Assembly (NCBI GenBank): GCA_021432655.1
Contig: MU271473.1
Location: 1 to 57,983 of the forward strand
Direction: 5' to 3'
Source of the DNA: Atractiella rhizophila
Lineage: Eukaryota
Length of the DNA: 57,983 bases
The notes under the pieces are model-generated. The model searched no databases. It worked only from the letters and a program-made list of their open reading frames with translations, and had not been told where the DNA came from. Each line of letters begins with the position of its first letter. Within the stretch, counting starts at the first letter, position 1. Shown one piece after another: positions 11,795 to 21,288 of the stretch. The position numbers and the translations under genes are program-made.

Positions 11795-13220
11795 TCACAC
11801 TGTAATCTTCCCACCGCTATAACATTCTACCGCGCCAGACGCGATAACATCAACCTGGGTCATTCGCCACCAGGGCAAAAAGCTGACAAAGCTCTTCCAG
11901 CAGAATTCCACGATTGACCCCATACTTCCGCGATCAGGGGAGGACGACTTCTTGGGGTGGGGGACCACCAGATGAGCAAGAAGCTTGCGTCCAAAGTGGG
12001 TGTCCTTTATAGCTCTGTACAGTCACCCCCTCCATTGTGAGCGCAAGTAAAGCTTTCTTGCTCATGTGGTCTTTCAGGCGCACATTGGGGACATTCAAGC
12101 GTTGGAGTGCTTTCCAGGATCCTCCTTCGCATCTCAGCCTGTAAAGACATTGAAGGGTCACTTTAGTCGCGAAGCTATTCGTGAACTCGACAGCCTCACG
12201 TCCTGTTCCGTCGGAGAAGAAGGTAAAATCCTGGATTGGACACGGAGAGAAGTAGAGGAGAATTTTAAAGATATCATGTAAGCCTAAGTACTGTAACATG
12301 TTAGTGAGGGTGAGGGATGTCAACTTTGAGGTGGAACGTCCTAGGAACCAGTCAAGTGGAAAAAGTATGAAAAGGTTCAGTGTCGCAGTCTGACAGGGAA
12401 CCCAGCAGCTGTAGAGCATCATTTCGAAGGGCCGGTCACGGAAATGACTGCTGCCATCGAGAATCAGCTCCTTTGCCTCGAGTTCCATGCCCGTCGCCGT
12501 CTTAAGCAGGGGGAAAGAAGAGAAAGTCCTGACAACCAATTTGTCCAGAGATTCCTTTCGATCCGAAAGCTCTTTCGCAGAGTGTCCTGGTATGAATGGA
12601 CTCTGGACCCTGATGTTCTTGATAACACTCGGAGAGGAACAGGCAGCTCGAAGAAGGTTGATGAACAAGTCATTCGACGGATCGGCTGGGTCCGTAACGT
12701 CATGGCGATGTACTATGAAGGAGAGGTCGAAAGCCGGACATAGGTTCAACGTCTCGAAGAGCTTGCGGACTTCAAAAGCCAACTCATCGTCAGTAATGCG
12801 TCTTTTGCGAAGATGTGATAGAAATTCAGGTTCGTCGTCCAGAAAAGTCAGCCCCAACATGCTGGCTTCCACCTCGAAGCAAATCTGTTGGATGGACAAA
12901 GGGTCAACTCGGTCAGTCCTGAGCAAATGTTGCAGAGTGACAGTGCAATTGTTGATAGTACGAGGGAGGGATTCAATGTCGTTCCATACCGAAAAACTAA
13001 TGCTCAGATATCTCACTTTTTGTAAAATATCGTTCGAAAGAGCTTGGAACTCTGCATCTGAATCCCACCACGTCGTGTTAAGGACCAATGTGCGAAATAT
13101 TTGGGAAAGTAGAGCTTGTCGTAAACCCCAGTTACAGCAACTGAGGTCGATACAGTCGGACACGGAGAGGTGACTACCGATTTCGTTTAGAAGCTCGTTG
13201 GGGAGGTCGAGGAGGGACAT
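11795..13220 (-). CDS. F-box protein family G, copy G1
   Basis: N-terminal F-box LLDLPNELLNEIGSHLSVSDCIDLSCCNWGLR; 428-aa ORF 11934-13220. Comparison with the paralog implies a +1 indel in a C-run near 11955, with the homologous C-terminus continuing to TGA 11795-11797. Confidence 0.8.
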
Positions 13221-13584
13221 TTTGAGTATGTTGTTTAGAAACGAGGTAGTAGATCCTCCCTCTTATAGTGATTGTAATGACATCCTGCTCTTTGTCCAGA
13301 GCCTTGTTGTCCTTGAGGAAGGACGTGGTAGAGCTAGATAAGAGCCAGATTGCCTTTGTACTGACCGCTCAAAGGAGTGTGAACGGACTCTTCCCTTTGT
13401 TCACAGCCTTGTTGTCCTTGAGAAACGACATGGGTAGAGTAACAAGGTTGTAGAACCCTTGGTAGGAAGTGTTCGATGTACTTGAGACAACCTTGAAGCG
13501 TTCCGAAAGTAGGTTATGAGATTTTTGACTGACAACTTGAAGAATTGGACAATGTAGCCATCACACTGCAAGCAGAAAGGAAAA

Positions 13585-13730
13585 GTCCCAACGAGGCCAG
13601 CCAGAAGGCGAAAGAAGGCAAAGGGTTGGTGGAAGGTGAGATGAAGCGTGAGCGTTGGCGGAGCTCGATGCGAGGTGGAGCGAGAGGGTAGGTGAGCGAA
13701 AGGAGATGACAGAGGTGGAAAGGAGCGAGG
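13585..13730. repeat. Dispersed purine-rich repeat, second copy at about 32672-32795
   Basis: ccaacgaggccag...gggttggtggaagg.gagatgaa...gaggtggagcgagagggta...gcgaaaggagatgac is shared between the two sites. Confidence 0.7.
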
Positions 13731-14242
13731 GGCGGGCATTCTCCCGTCCTTCTGCAGTGCAGTCGTAAAGGCAATAGGCGCTAGAAGGATAATCTCTGTC
13801 GACATTCCAGAGCGGCATGTTCGCTTTCACGAACAACTAAGTGGGATTACAGGCTTTCATGCCTCCAGAATATCCCAAACATGCTTTCAACACCAACATC
13901 TCTGATGTATGACTTGGGACTCGTTTTTGTTTCTTTCTGTGCATGGTGTGTTTGCGTTTGTGGTTTGGCGGATGAGGGACAGCAGAGGATAGCGTATTCG
14001 AGGAGGGTCATGGGATCACGAAGGAAGAATTCAAGGTTGCAGATTGAACAAATGATACATTGTACCACTTTTTCGAACTTCGACTGCTGCTCTTTTAGTT
14101 TCCCCGGTTATTCCATCTTTGGAAATGCATGTGTCGTCGTCAACTTACAGCAATTCATCTACATACGAGTGAAGTCTAAGGAACAAGTCAAATAGGCTCC
14201 CCTACAATTGACACTTTCTGGCAGCCTTAGACGCTTTATCCC

Positions 14243-14496
14243 TGTTGGAGATCAATGATACAATGGAAAGGAGAGAGAGGAGATGGGAGTGTGGACACAA
14301 ATCTCGATCGTTTGCCTTGCGTTCCGGATGCCGTGCCAAACATGTGCACTTCACCGTTAGTCCGGACTTATAAAGCATGGCTATGGGTTTTGCTTTCTGT
14401 TTTCCCCAATCAAATATCTTTACTGTATTCGCATTTGCTTATACGTGATTGGGGAACCTTAGAATCTGCGAGTAAAGATAAGAGCTACTATTTTCA
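14243..14496 (+). repeat. 5' LTR of the Copia element
   Basis: TGTTGGAGATC...CTATTTTCA, repeated at 19603-19856. Confidence 0.95.
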
Positions 14497-14523
14497 TTTT
14501 GGTAGCGAGAGACGGTCGATACA

Positions 14524-16488
14524 ATGGCGAGCGAAGGACGCACCACTCCGACAGGAACTACGACAGGCAGGAGAGACCCTCTCCACTCCAGGGGAACAAC
14601 ACCAGTGACAGACGAACATCCGTTACTCAACTCTTTCTCTGTTCCATACTCCATATCCTCATCTGCCAAGATCGCTTCCGAAATCAACATACCTACGGGA
14701 TCCGTCCAGACGATAGTTGCAAACGAGAAAATTCCACCCCTTACGCTTCAGAATTCAGCAAGGTTCTTCAGGACCCTCAAGTCCATCCTTGACGCTAACA
14801 ACGTAGGGATCATCCTTGATGGCATAGTGACGGAACCTGTCAGCCCCATGTCAGAAGAAGGGTTGACCGTGACCCAAATGCAGGAGAAAATGGCGAAAGG
14901 TGAAGCACCGAAGATGAAGACTCCCTCCGATGAAGAAAATACCGAATTCATCAAAGCGCTGTCAAACTGGAGGAGAATGGCAGCGATAGCGATGATGATC
15001 CTCAAACAATCAGTAGGGGAGACGGCGAGGGTGTTTATTGAAGACCAGATGGAGCCTGTGAAGGCGGTGAAGATCCTCAAAGATAAGTACGAAACGAAAG
15101 AATATACGGATACGGCGCACCTACTACGTCAGTTCTCGAATTACACGCACGAATCGAGCGAACTCAGTCTCACCGAATGGATCGCCAAACTTCATGAAAG
15201 GAGAAGGATCTTTAACGAGTCCCAAGACGACCTCACGATTAGCGACACACTTCTTTCCTATACCCTCGTAAATGGGCTTCGGGAGGATACCAGGAGATGG
15301 TTATCATCCACAGGTGTCAATCCAGCAGAATTGGCATCTGTTGTCCATAGGCTGACGGCAGAGGAGATGGCGTTGAAAAACAGGGAAGAGGATAAGGGAA
15401 ATGAAAAGGGTAATCTCGTCTTGTTGGCGAGAATGGGAGAAGGAGGAGGAAGTACGAGTGGAGCGGTCCACGAACTTGCTTCTAGAATCTCCTCAGAAAC
15501 GTCAAGCACGAACTCCAATGTCAGATTCGGTGGATCCAAGAAGAACACAGAAAGGTCCCAACGTCCACTCATCAACCGTATCGCCCCGAATGCTCGAGCG
15601 ATCAAGAATTGGGGAAATTGGCCTCATGGGACCACTGAGAGGGGACAATTCCGTCTGGGACCTCGCCAATGCTACCATTGTGGCAAGGAGGGACACTATG
15701 GACGAAATTGTCAGCTCAGTCGAAAACAGCAAGCTTCCTCCCTCGCAGAGATCTTTAAGCGCTACGAGATCGAGATTCCACGAAACGAAGTTCAAGCGTT
15801 CATTGCAACGGTCGCGGATGAACAACACGCCAACCCAATTCGAGCCTCTGATCAAGACCCTTCAACCGGCAGACCATATTTGGAACAACCAGGAGTGGTA
15901 TCCAGACACGAACAGACAACTGGAGCGTACCTTGTGGAAGTGGATGAAGATAGTGGATTGGAGGCAGTGGATTTTGGGGCTTATATGGCGGTGCTGGAGG
16001 AACCCTATGCGTTCGAGGATCCCCCACCAGAACAAGAAGGAGAAGCAGTCACTTTCATTTCCAAGATGGAAGAACATGAACAAGTGGACCCGGGAACACA
16101 AAGGTTCCATATGGATAGTGCTGCTTCCATACACCTCACTGTATGTCCCTGGCTACTTCACGACCTCAAGACGCTCGAGAAACCGCTTGGAATACGAGGC
16201 GCATGGAGATCAAGAGGTTTCGCAACCGCCGTCGGAACTCTCAAGATCGTTTTCAAACTGGACGATGGGAAGACGATGGTTGGGAAGATACGGAACGTTT
16301 ACTACGCACCTGGGCTAGGCGTAAATCTGATCTCGTCAAAGGTGTTGATGCAGGCTGGAGTCGTCTTCGGCAACGATAGACATAGGGTATACTTGCATGC
16401 GGAGGATGGAACGAGGTTCGGGATTGCAAATATCGGAGAAACACTCATCACACTCCAGTGCCACTTCGTATCTGGCATCAACGTCTAG
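14524..16488 (+). CDS. gag: Copia Gag-protease
   Basis: Zinc knuckle CYHCGKEGHYGRNC; aspartic protease FHMDSAASIH; NVYYAPGLGVNLIS. Confidence 0.9.
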   Translation: MASEGRTTPTGTTTGRRDPLHSRGTTPVTDEHPLLNSFSVPYSISSSAKIASEINIPTGSVQTIVANEKIPPLTLQNSARFFRTLKSILDANNVGIILDGIVTEPVSPMSEEGLTVTQMQEKMAKGEAPKMKTPSDEENTEFIKALSNWRRMAAIAMMILKQSVGETARVFIEDQMEPVKAVKILKDKYETKEYTDTAHLLRQFSNYTHESSELSLTEWIAKLHERRRIFNESQDDLTISDTLLSYTLVNGLREDTRRWLSSTGVNPAELASVVHRLTAEEMALKNREEDKGNEKGNLVLLARMGEGGGSTSGAVHELASRISSETSSTNSNVRFGGSKKNTERSQRPLINRIAPNARAIKNWGNWPHGTTERGQFRLGPRQCYHCGKEGHYGRNCQLSRKQQASSLAEIFKRYEIEIPRNEVQAFIATVADEQHANPIRASDQDPSTGRPYLEQPGVVSRHEQTTGAYLVEVDEDSGLEAVDFGAYMAVLEEPYAFEDPPPEQEGEAVTFISKMEEHEQVDPGTQRFHMDSAASIHLTVCPWLLHDLKTLEKPLGIRGAWRSRGFATAVGTLKIVFKLDDGKTMVGKIRNVYYAPGLGVNLISSKVLMQAGVVFGNDRHRVYLHAEDGTRFGIANIGETLITLQCHFVSGINV

Positions 16489-19400
16489 GCCATCCAAGCA
16501 ATGAACGACTACGCCTGGCGATTAGAGGCGGAGTCTTGTCCGCTTTGCAAATAAAGGATAGCTGCAATACATCAACGTTAGAACAATGTGTTACGTGTGC
16601 AAAAGGAAAAGCTACGTACACTAAGAGCAAAGGACCAGCAAGGATTAGAGATGACAAGCCAGGGAGAACACTGGGTTTCGACACTTGGGGACCTGCCACA
16701 GTTACCAGCATCCAAGGATTCCGATATCTGTTTGGTGCCGTCGATGAAGCTTCCCGGTACATGATCGTTGGAGGGATGAAGTTGAAATCGGAAGCCCCTT
16801 CCGTCTTGGAAGGTGTACGGAAGGCTATTAAGAGGGAACTCGATGTCGATTTACGGAGGATTCGGCATGATCAAGCGCTTGAGTTCATGTCACAAGTGAT
16901 GAAGACTTGGTGTGAAAAGCATAACATTTCGTCAATGAAAACCATGGCATATGCACACGACCAAGGAGGACTCTGGGAAAGGCAATGGTATACGCTGTTC
17001 AACATTGTCCGTTGCCTACTCCTCGACTCGGGATTACCACTGTTTCTGTGGTACGAAGCGCTGAAAGTGGCTGTCTATCTGAAGAACATCATGCCTACAA
17101 AAGGGAATGTCGAATGTCAAACACCATATGAGGCATTCCATGGCAAGAAACCAGATATGACACACATACGGGTTTTTGGATGCCTAGCGGCCGTTACGAT
17201 AATGCCGGAGCAGCGAGATTCAAAACTTCTTCCTCGTGCGAAGTTAATGTATTTCGTGGGATATGTGGTGGATGGTTACGGATGGAGATTTTGGGATCCG
17301 ACAAAAAGGAAAATTGTCAAGGCGAAATCTGCCCGTTTCTTTGAGGACAAATTCTACGAAAAACGGACTTTGGAAGAAACGATGAAAATACGAGATCTTG
17401 AACCGGAACATTTCCTCCCCATGCTCTTACCCATGCGAAACGAGCACACTGAGGAGAAGGGCGTGTTGGAGGGGGAGCTCGATGGAAAAAAAGTCGACAC
17501 GAGACCAAACCAGGACGTGCCTGAACTACCTCGAGCGAGACCTATCCCAGAGGTCACAGAGACACCTGGCTCGCCATCACTAATGAGGAAACGGAGGGAT
17601 GATGTCGAGGAAAAAAGGACACATACTGAAGAGGCCGTTTTGGATGCTCCACCAGAGGACAACACTTTCGTTCGCGACAAGGTGGACGAAATCGAAACGT
17701 CCATACGGGAAGCGAGAGTAAAGGCGGAACAGGCGGCAACTTACTCACCATACAGACAACGTCTCCGAAGGGGGGTCCGGAATACGGGAAGAGCCTGGGA
17801 CTACAAGAAGCTCAATGAGAGGGGTCTCTATTATGCTCAGATATACGGGGAAGATGATCTCACGGGACCTGTAAATGACCTCAGCGCAGAAGTGAGACGA
17901 AATGTCAACGCCTTTAAGCTGACGCACCAAACGGTGGAAGAGAGGGATGAGGAACATGAGGTGTATTGGACCGGAAGCGATGATGAACCCTCTTTTCGAC
18001 AAGCGATAGCGGGACCTGACCGAGAAAAATGGATCGCTGCTATGATAGCGGAATTAGCGGCTCTCGAGGCAATGGGAACATGGAGAGGAGGCTTGAGGAC
18101 GTTACCTCCTGGTCGACGCGCATTGGGAGTTAAGTGGGTGCTGTTAATAAAAAGGGATCCAGCTGGTGAGGTGCTCCGCTATAAAGCTAGGTTAGTGGTA
18201 CGTGGGGATCAACAAAAGGCAGGAGTGGACTACAACGAAACATGGGCACCCACCGTACGAATGTCGTCTGTGCGAGCGGTACTGTCTATATCTGCGCAAA
18301 AGGGATGGATTCGAAGGCAATTCGATGTCAGCAACGCTTTCTTAAACGGCGACATTGAAGAAGAAGTCTTCGTCAGACAGCCACCTGGATTTGTTGACGA
18401 AAACAACCCAGGCGGTGTACATCAGCTGGGGAAAGCACTTTATGGACTCTGTCAAGCAGGTCGTCAATGGTGGAGGAAAATACATGGAGTGCTTACGGAT
18501 ATGGGATTTGTGCGGACGACGGCAGACGAAGGGGTATATACGCTGCGCCAGAACGAGGAAACGTTGATCCTCTGCCTACACGTCGACGATGGACTCGTAG
18601 CTGCAAGCTCACAGGACTTAGTCGATGCCGTTTTCAAAAAGCTGTCCGAGTTCTTTACCCTACGAGCTGGCATGGCGAAAGTCTTCCTCGGAATACAGAT
18701 CGAAGGCGAAGACAACTCCAAGAGGGTGAAAATACACCAAGAGGGATATGCGACTAAGATAGTCAAGAAATACCTAGGTGACAACGTCTCACCTGTTCAA
18801 ATGCCGTGCGAGTCTACGAAACGCCTCTCTACGGACATGTCACCCAAATCGGCAGAAGAAAGGGAACGCATGAAACACATACCGTATCGAGAAGCGGTTG
18901 GAGCGCTGATCTACCTTTCGACTTGCACTCGACCAGACATCGCTTTCGCAGTATCTGAAGTTGCGCGCTACTGTGACCAACCGGGCATAGATCACTGGCT
19001 CGCAGTGAAGAGAGTATTTCGATACGTGGCAGGGACGCTAGACCACGGTTTAGTATATGATGGTTACGCCTTCCCATCACCTGTCCTCGATGCATTCGTA
19101 GATGCGGATCATGCGGCCGACCCTGCAACACGACGGTCTGTGTCTGGGGTCCTGTTCAGGAATGCTGGAGCGGCAATCTCATGGATCTCAAAAAGACAAC
19201 TTGCCGTCGCGGTCTCTTCTACTGAGGCGGAGTATATCGCAATGTCCTTGGCTACCCGGGAAGCAGTATGGCTACGACGATTGTTCAACAACCTAGGATA
19301 CCCTGCCCCCGGGGCGACACTCATTCGTGGTGACAACCAAGGTGCTATCAGACTCGCATCACACCCTGTTGCACACGGCCGGACGAAACACATCGGTGTC

Positions 19401-19595
19401 CATTACCATTATACACGTGAGAAAGTGGAGGACGGGACCGTAGTCCTCGAATGGATACCAACGAGACAACAAGCAGCTGATCTTCTTACGAAGGGGCTCG
19501 CCGCGTCTATTCATTGGCACTTCTGTGCAAAGCTGGGGTTGACGGGCAAGGAGCAGTACGGTACGGAAGAGGAGGGAGGCGAGACGGTGAAGTGA
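16458..19595 (+). CDS. pol: Copia integrase-RT-RNase H, out of frame with gag-PR
   Basis: WHQRLGH...CVTC; DTWGP/HDQALEF/WER integrase core; YKARLVVRG, FDVSNAFLNG, LYGLCQAG, LHVDD; TRPDI; RNase H DADHA, SSTEAEY, DNQGA. Confidence 0.93.
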   Translation: MPLRIWHQRLGHPSNERLRLAIRGGVLSALQIKDSCNTSTLEQCVTCAKGKATYTKSKGPARIRDDKPGRTLGFDTWGPATVTSIQGFRYLFGAVDEASRYMIVGGMKLKSEAPSVLEGVRKAIKRELDVDLRRIRHDQALEFMSQVMKTWCEKHNISSMKTMAYAHDQGGLWERQWYTLFNIVRCLLLDSGLPLFLWYEALKVAVYLKNIMPTKGNVECQTPYEAFHGKKPDMTHIRVFGCLAAVTIMPEQRDSKLLPRAKLMYFVGYVVDGYGWRFWDPTKRKIVKAKSARFFEDKFYEKRTLEETMKIRDLEPEHFLPMLLPMRNEHTEEKGVLEGELDGKKVDTRPNQDVPELPRARPIPEVTETPGSPSLMRKRRDDVEEKRTHTEEAVLDAPPEDNTFVRDKVDEIETSIREARVKAEQAATYSPYRQRLRRGVRNTGRAWDYKKLNERGLYYAQIYGEDDLTGPVNDLSAEVRRNVNAFKLTHQTVEERDEEHEVYWTGSDDEPSFRQAIAGPDREKWIAAMIAELAALEAMGTWRGGLRTLPPGRRALGVKWVLLIKRDPAGEVLRYKARLVVRGDQQKAGVDYNETWAPTVRMSSVRAVLSISAQKGWIRRQFDVSNAFLNGDIEEEVFVRQPPGFVDENNPGGVHQLGKALYGLCQAGRQWWRKIHGVLTDMGFVRTTADEGVYTLRQNEETLILCLHVDDGLVAASSQDLVDAVFKKLSEFFTLRAGMAKVFLGIQIEGEDNSKRVKIHQEGYATKIVKKYLGDNVSPVQMPCESTKRLSTDMSPKSAEERERMKHIPYREAVGALIYLSTCTRPDIAFAVSEVARYCDQPGIDHWLAVKRVFRYVAGTLDHGLVYDGYAFPSPVLDAFVDADHAADPATRRSVSGVLFRNAGAAISWISKRQLAVAVSSTEAEYIAMSLATREAVWLRRLFNNLGYPAPGATLIRGDNQGAIRLASHPVAHGRTKHIGVHYHYTREKVEDGTVVLEWIPTRQQAADLLTKGLAASIHWHFCAKLGLTGKEQYGTEEEGGETVK

Positions 19596-19602
19596 GGGGG
19601 AG

Positions 19603-19856
19603 TGTTGGAGATCAATGATACAATGGAAAGGAGAGAGAGGAGATGGGAGTGTGGACAAAAATCTCGATCGTTTGCCTTGCGTTCCGGATGCCGTGCCAAA
19701 CATGTGCACTTCACCGTTAGTCCGGACTTATAAAGCATGGCTATGGGTTTTGCTTTCTGTTTTCCCCAATCAAATATCTTTACTGTATTCGCATTTGCTT
19801 ATACGTGATTGGGGAACCTTAGAATCTGCGAGTAAAGATAAGAGCTACTATTTTCA
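19603..19856 (+). repeat. 3' LTR of the Copia element
   Basis: Copy of 14243-14496, preceded by the PPT. Confidence 0.95.
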
Positions 19857-20379
19857 TTTATCCCTAAAATACACACATATAAGCATCTCCTTTGCAATCG
19901 ACAGTTCAACTGGCGGAAACAAATAATGCAGCGAGGCTGATTCATGTCAGGTAGTATCAAACACTTGAATACCCTCAGCATGAATCTCCTTCGCGAAACA
20001 TTCCGAAAGGTCGACCTGACGAAGGCTATCCTTTGGTAGGCAAAGCTCGACCGTGTTCGCTCGTTGAAAGTCGCAACTATAACCCGAGTTTGGACCTAGC
20101 ACGGATCCAAATGGGGAGTGAGCCAGAAAGGGGGCAAGCGAACGGGAGTTGATACTGCTAAAAACACATAGTTGCATAAGATAATAGGAATACCATGAGA
20201 CATAAGGAAGCATACCTAAAAACAGCCAAACTAGTTGCACGTCTAACCGGTGCGAACAGAGTCAAGTACCAGTATCTCTGTGACAGAAATAAGCGACAAG
20301 AATGTGGACTAAGAAGGCCTAAGCCTACCTTCTAGTCCGGGTGCTCTTATACAATAACAGGGGCTCTCAAAAGGGGGAA

Positions 20380-21240
20380 TGTTAAGGAACCTGAAGAGTG
20401 CCCATTGGCATAAGTAAGATGTAAGAAACTAAAGGGCTACTCACCTCGCACACTACAACACTGCGTAACGATTAAAAAGACGCTACGAGTAAAAGACAGA
20501 TGGTGGTTGTGTGCGAGGGGGAAATGGCTGAGACAGATTGGAAATTGAACACGCAATCAGATAAGTACTTCAACATAAACATTGCAGATTATCAATACTT
20601 CTAACCCGTATTACAGTGACGGTCAGAGGTATGGTAGGTAGCGCAGATGGCAAACTTGAAATACAAGCCATGAGCTTGGGGTTAGACAACATCAGATTGT
20701 CAGGCTTGCCCCTACGCATTACCGAAATGCACCATCCGAGGTCACGTGACCTACTCTACCACGTCATGAGATCACGTGCCTACCCATCACCGCTTTGCTC
20801 ATGTCTGCGCTGTTCACCGCTTTCCCCTCTCTCAGGCGAATCGCCGCTCAGCAAACCTTATATATTTCGCCGGTCTGCACCGTCTCCATTTTTGCCTTAT
20901 TGTCCTTTCTCACTAGTACTACCCAGTATATCTTATTTCCGAGTATTCCCTTTATTACTCTCCTGATCTATCTATCTTACATGTTTCAAGAAACGTATGT
21001 TACAGTTTATGGCAGTGCTATTCCGCTTGTATATATAGATCGGAGAGTAGTAGAGGTGACCTTAGAGTATTCTCTTAGGTTTATCTCCACTACAGGTTAG
21101 TCTTCATGTCATATCATGCACTTAGGTTTATCTCCACTACAGACGCATCGCCCATCGGCGACCGCACATAGTGTCAGCCCTAATACAGATTTCCTAAGCA
21201 GGCATGTGTGCCAACCGCAAGATAGAACCCACTTCTGACA
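20380..21240. mobile_element. Candidate solo LTR (about 370 bp of its own sequence) hosting a nested family-B LTR
   Basis: TGTTA...TGACA ends with flanks GGGAA/AGGAA (4/5 match); single copy in the window. Confidence 0.35.
20698..21185 (+). mobile_element. Solo LTR, family B, copy 1
   Basis: TGTCAGG...CCCTAATA with perfect 5-bp TSD CAGAT (20693-20697, 21186-21190); homologous to 54851-55340, 24767-25164 and 57751 onward. Confidence 0.88.
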
Positions 21241-21288
21241 AGGAAAGGGAAATTTGTTGGGATAAGGAAAGATAAATTTGTTGGGATA
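21241..21288. repeat. 24-bp tandem duplication
   Basis: AGGAAAGGGAAATTTGTTGGGATA followed by AGGAAAGATAAATTTGTTGGGATA. Confidence 0.8.

Larger units (their letters stand above)
14243..19856 (+). mobile_element. Full-length Ty1/copia LTR retrotransposon, recent insertion
   Basis: 254-bp LTRs 14243-14496 and 19603-19856 (TG...CA, one mismatch seen); PBS TGGTAGCGAGA at 14500; PPT GAGGGGGAG before the 3' LTR; gag-PR-IN-RT-RH order; flanking duplication (TTT)ATCCC. Confidence 0.97.

Noticed and set aside
16484..16490. CTAGGC resembling the Ty1 +1 frameshift heptamer CTTAGGC
   Set aside because: Not an exact match, the wrong shift direction, and downstream of where the integrase frame must begin.
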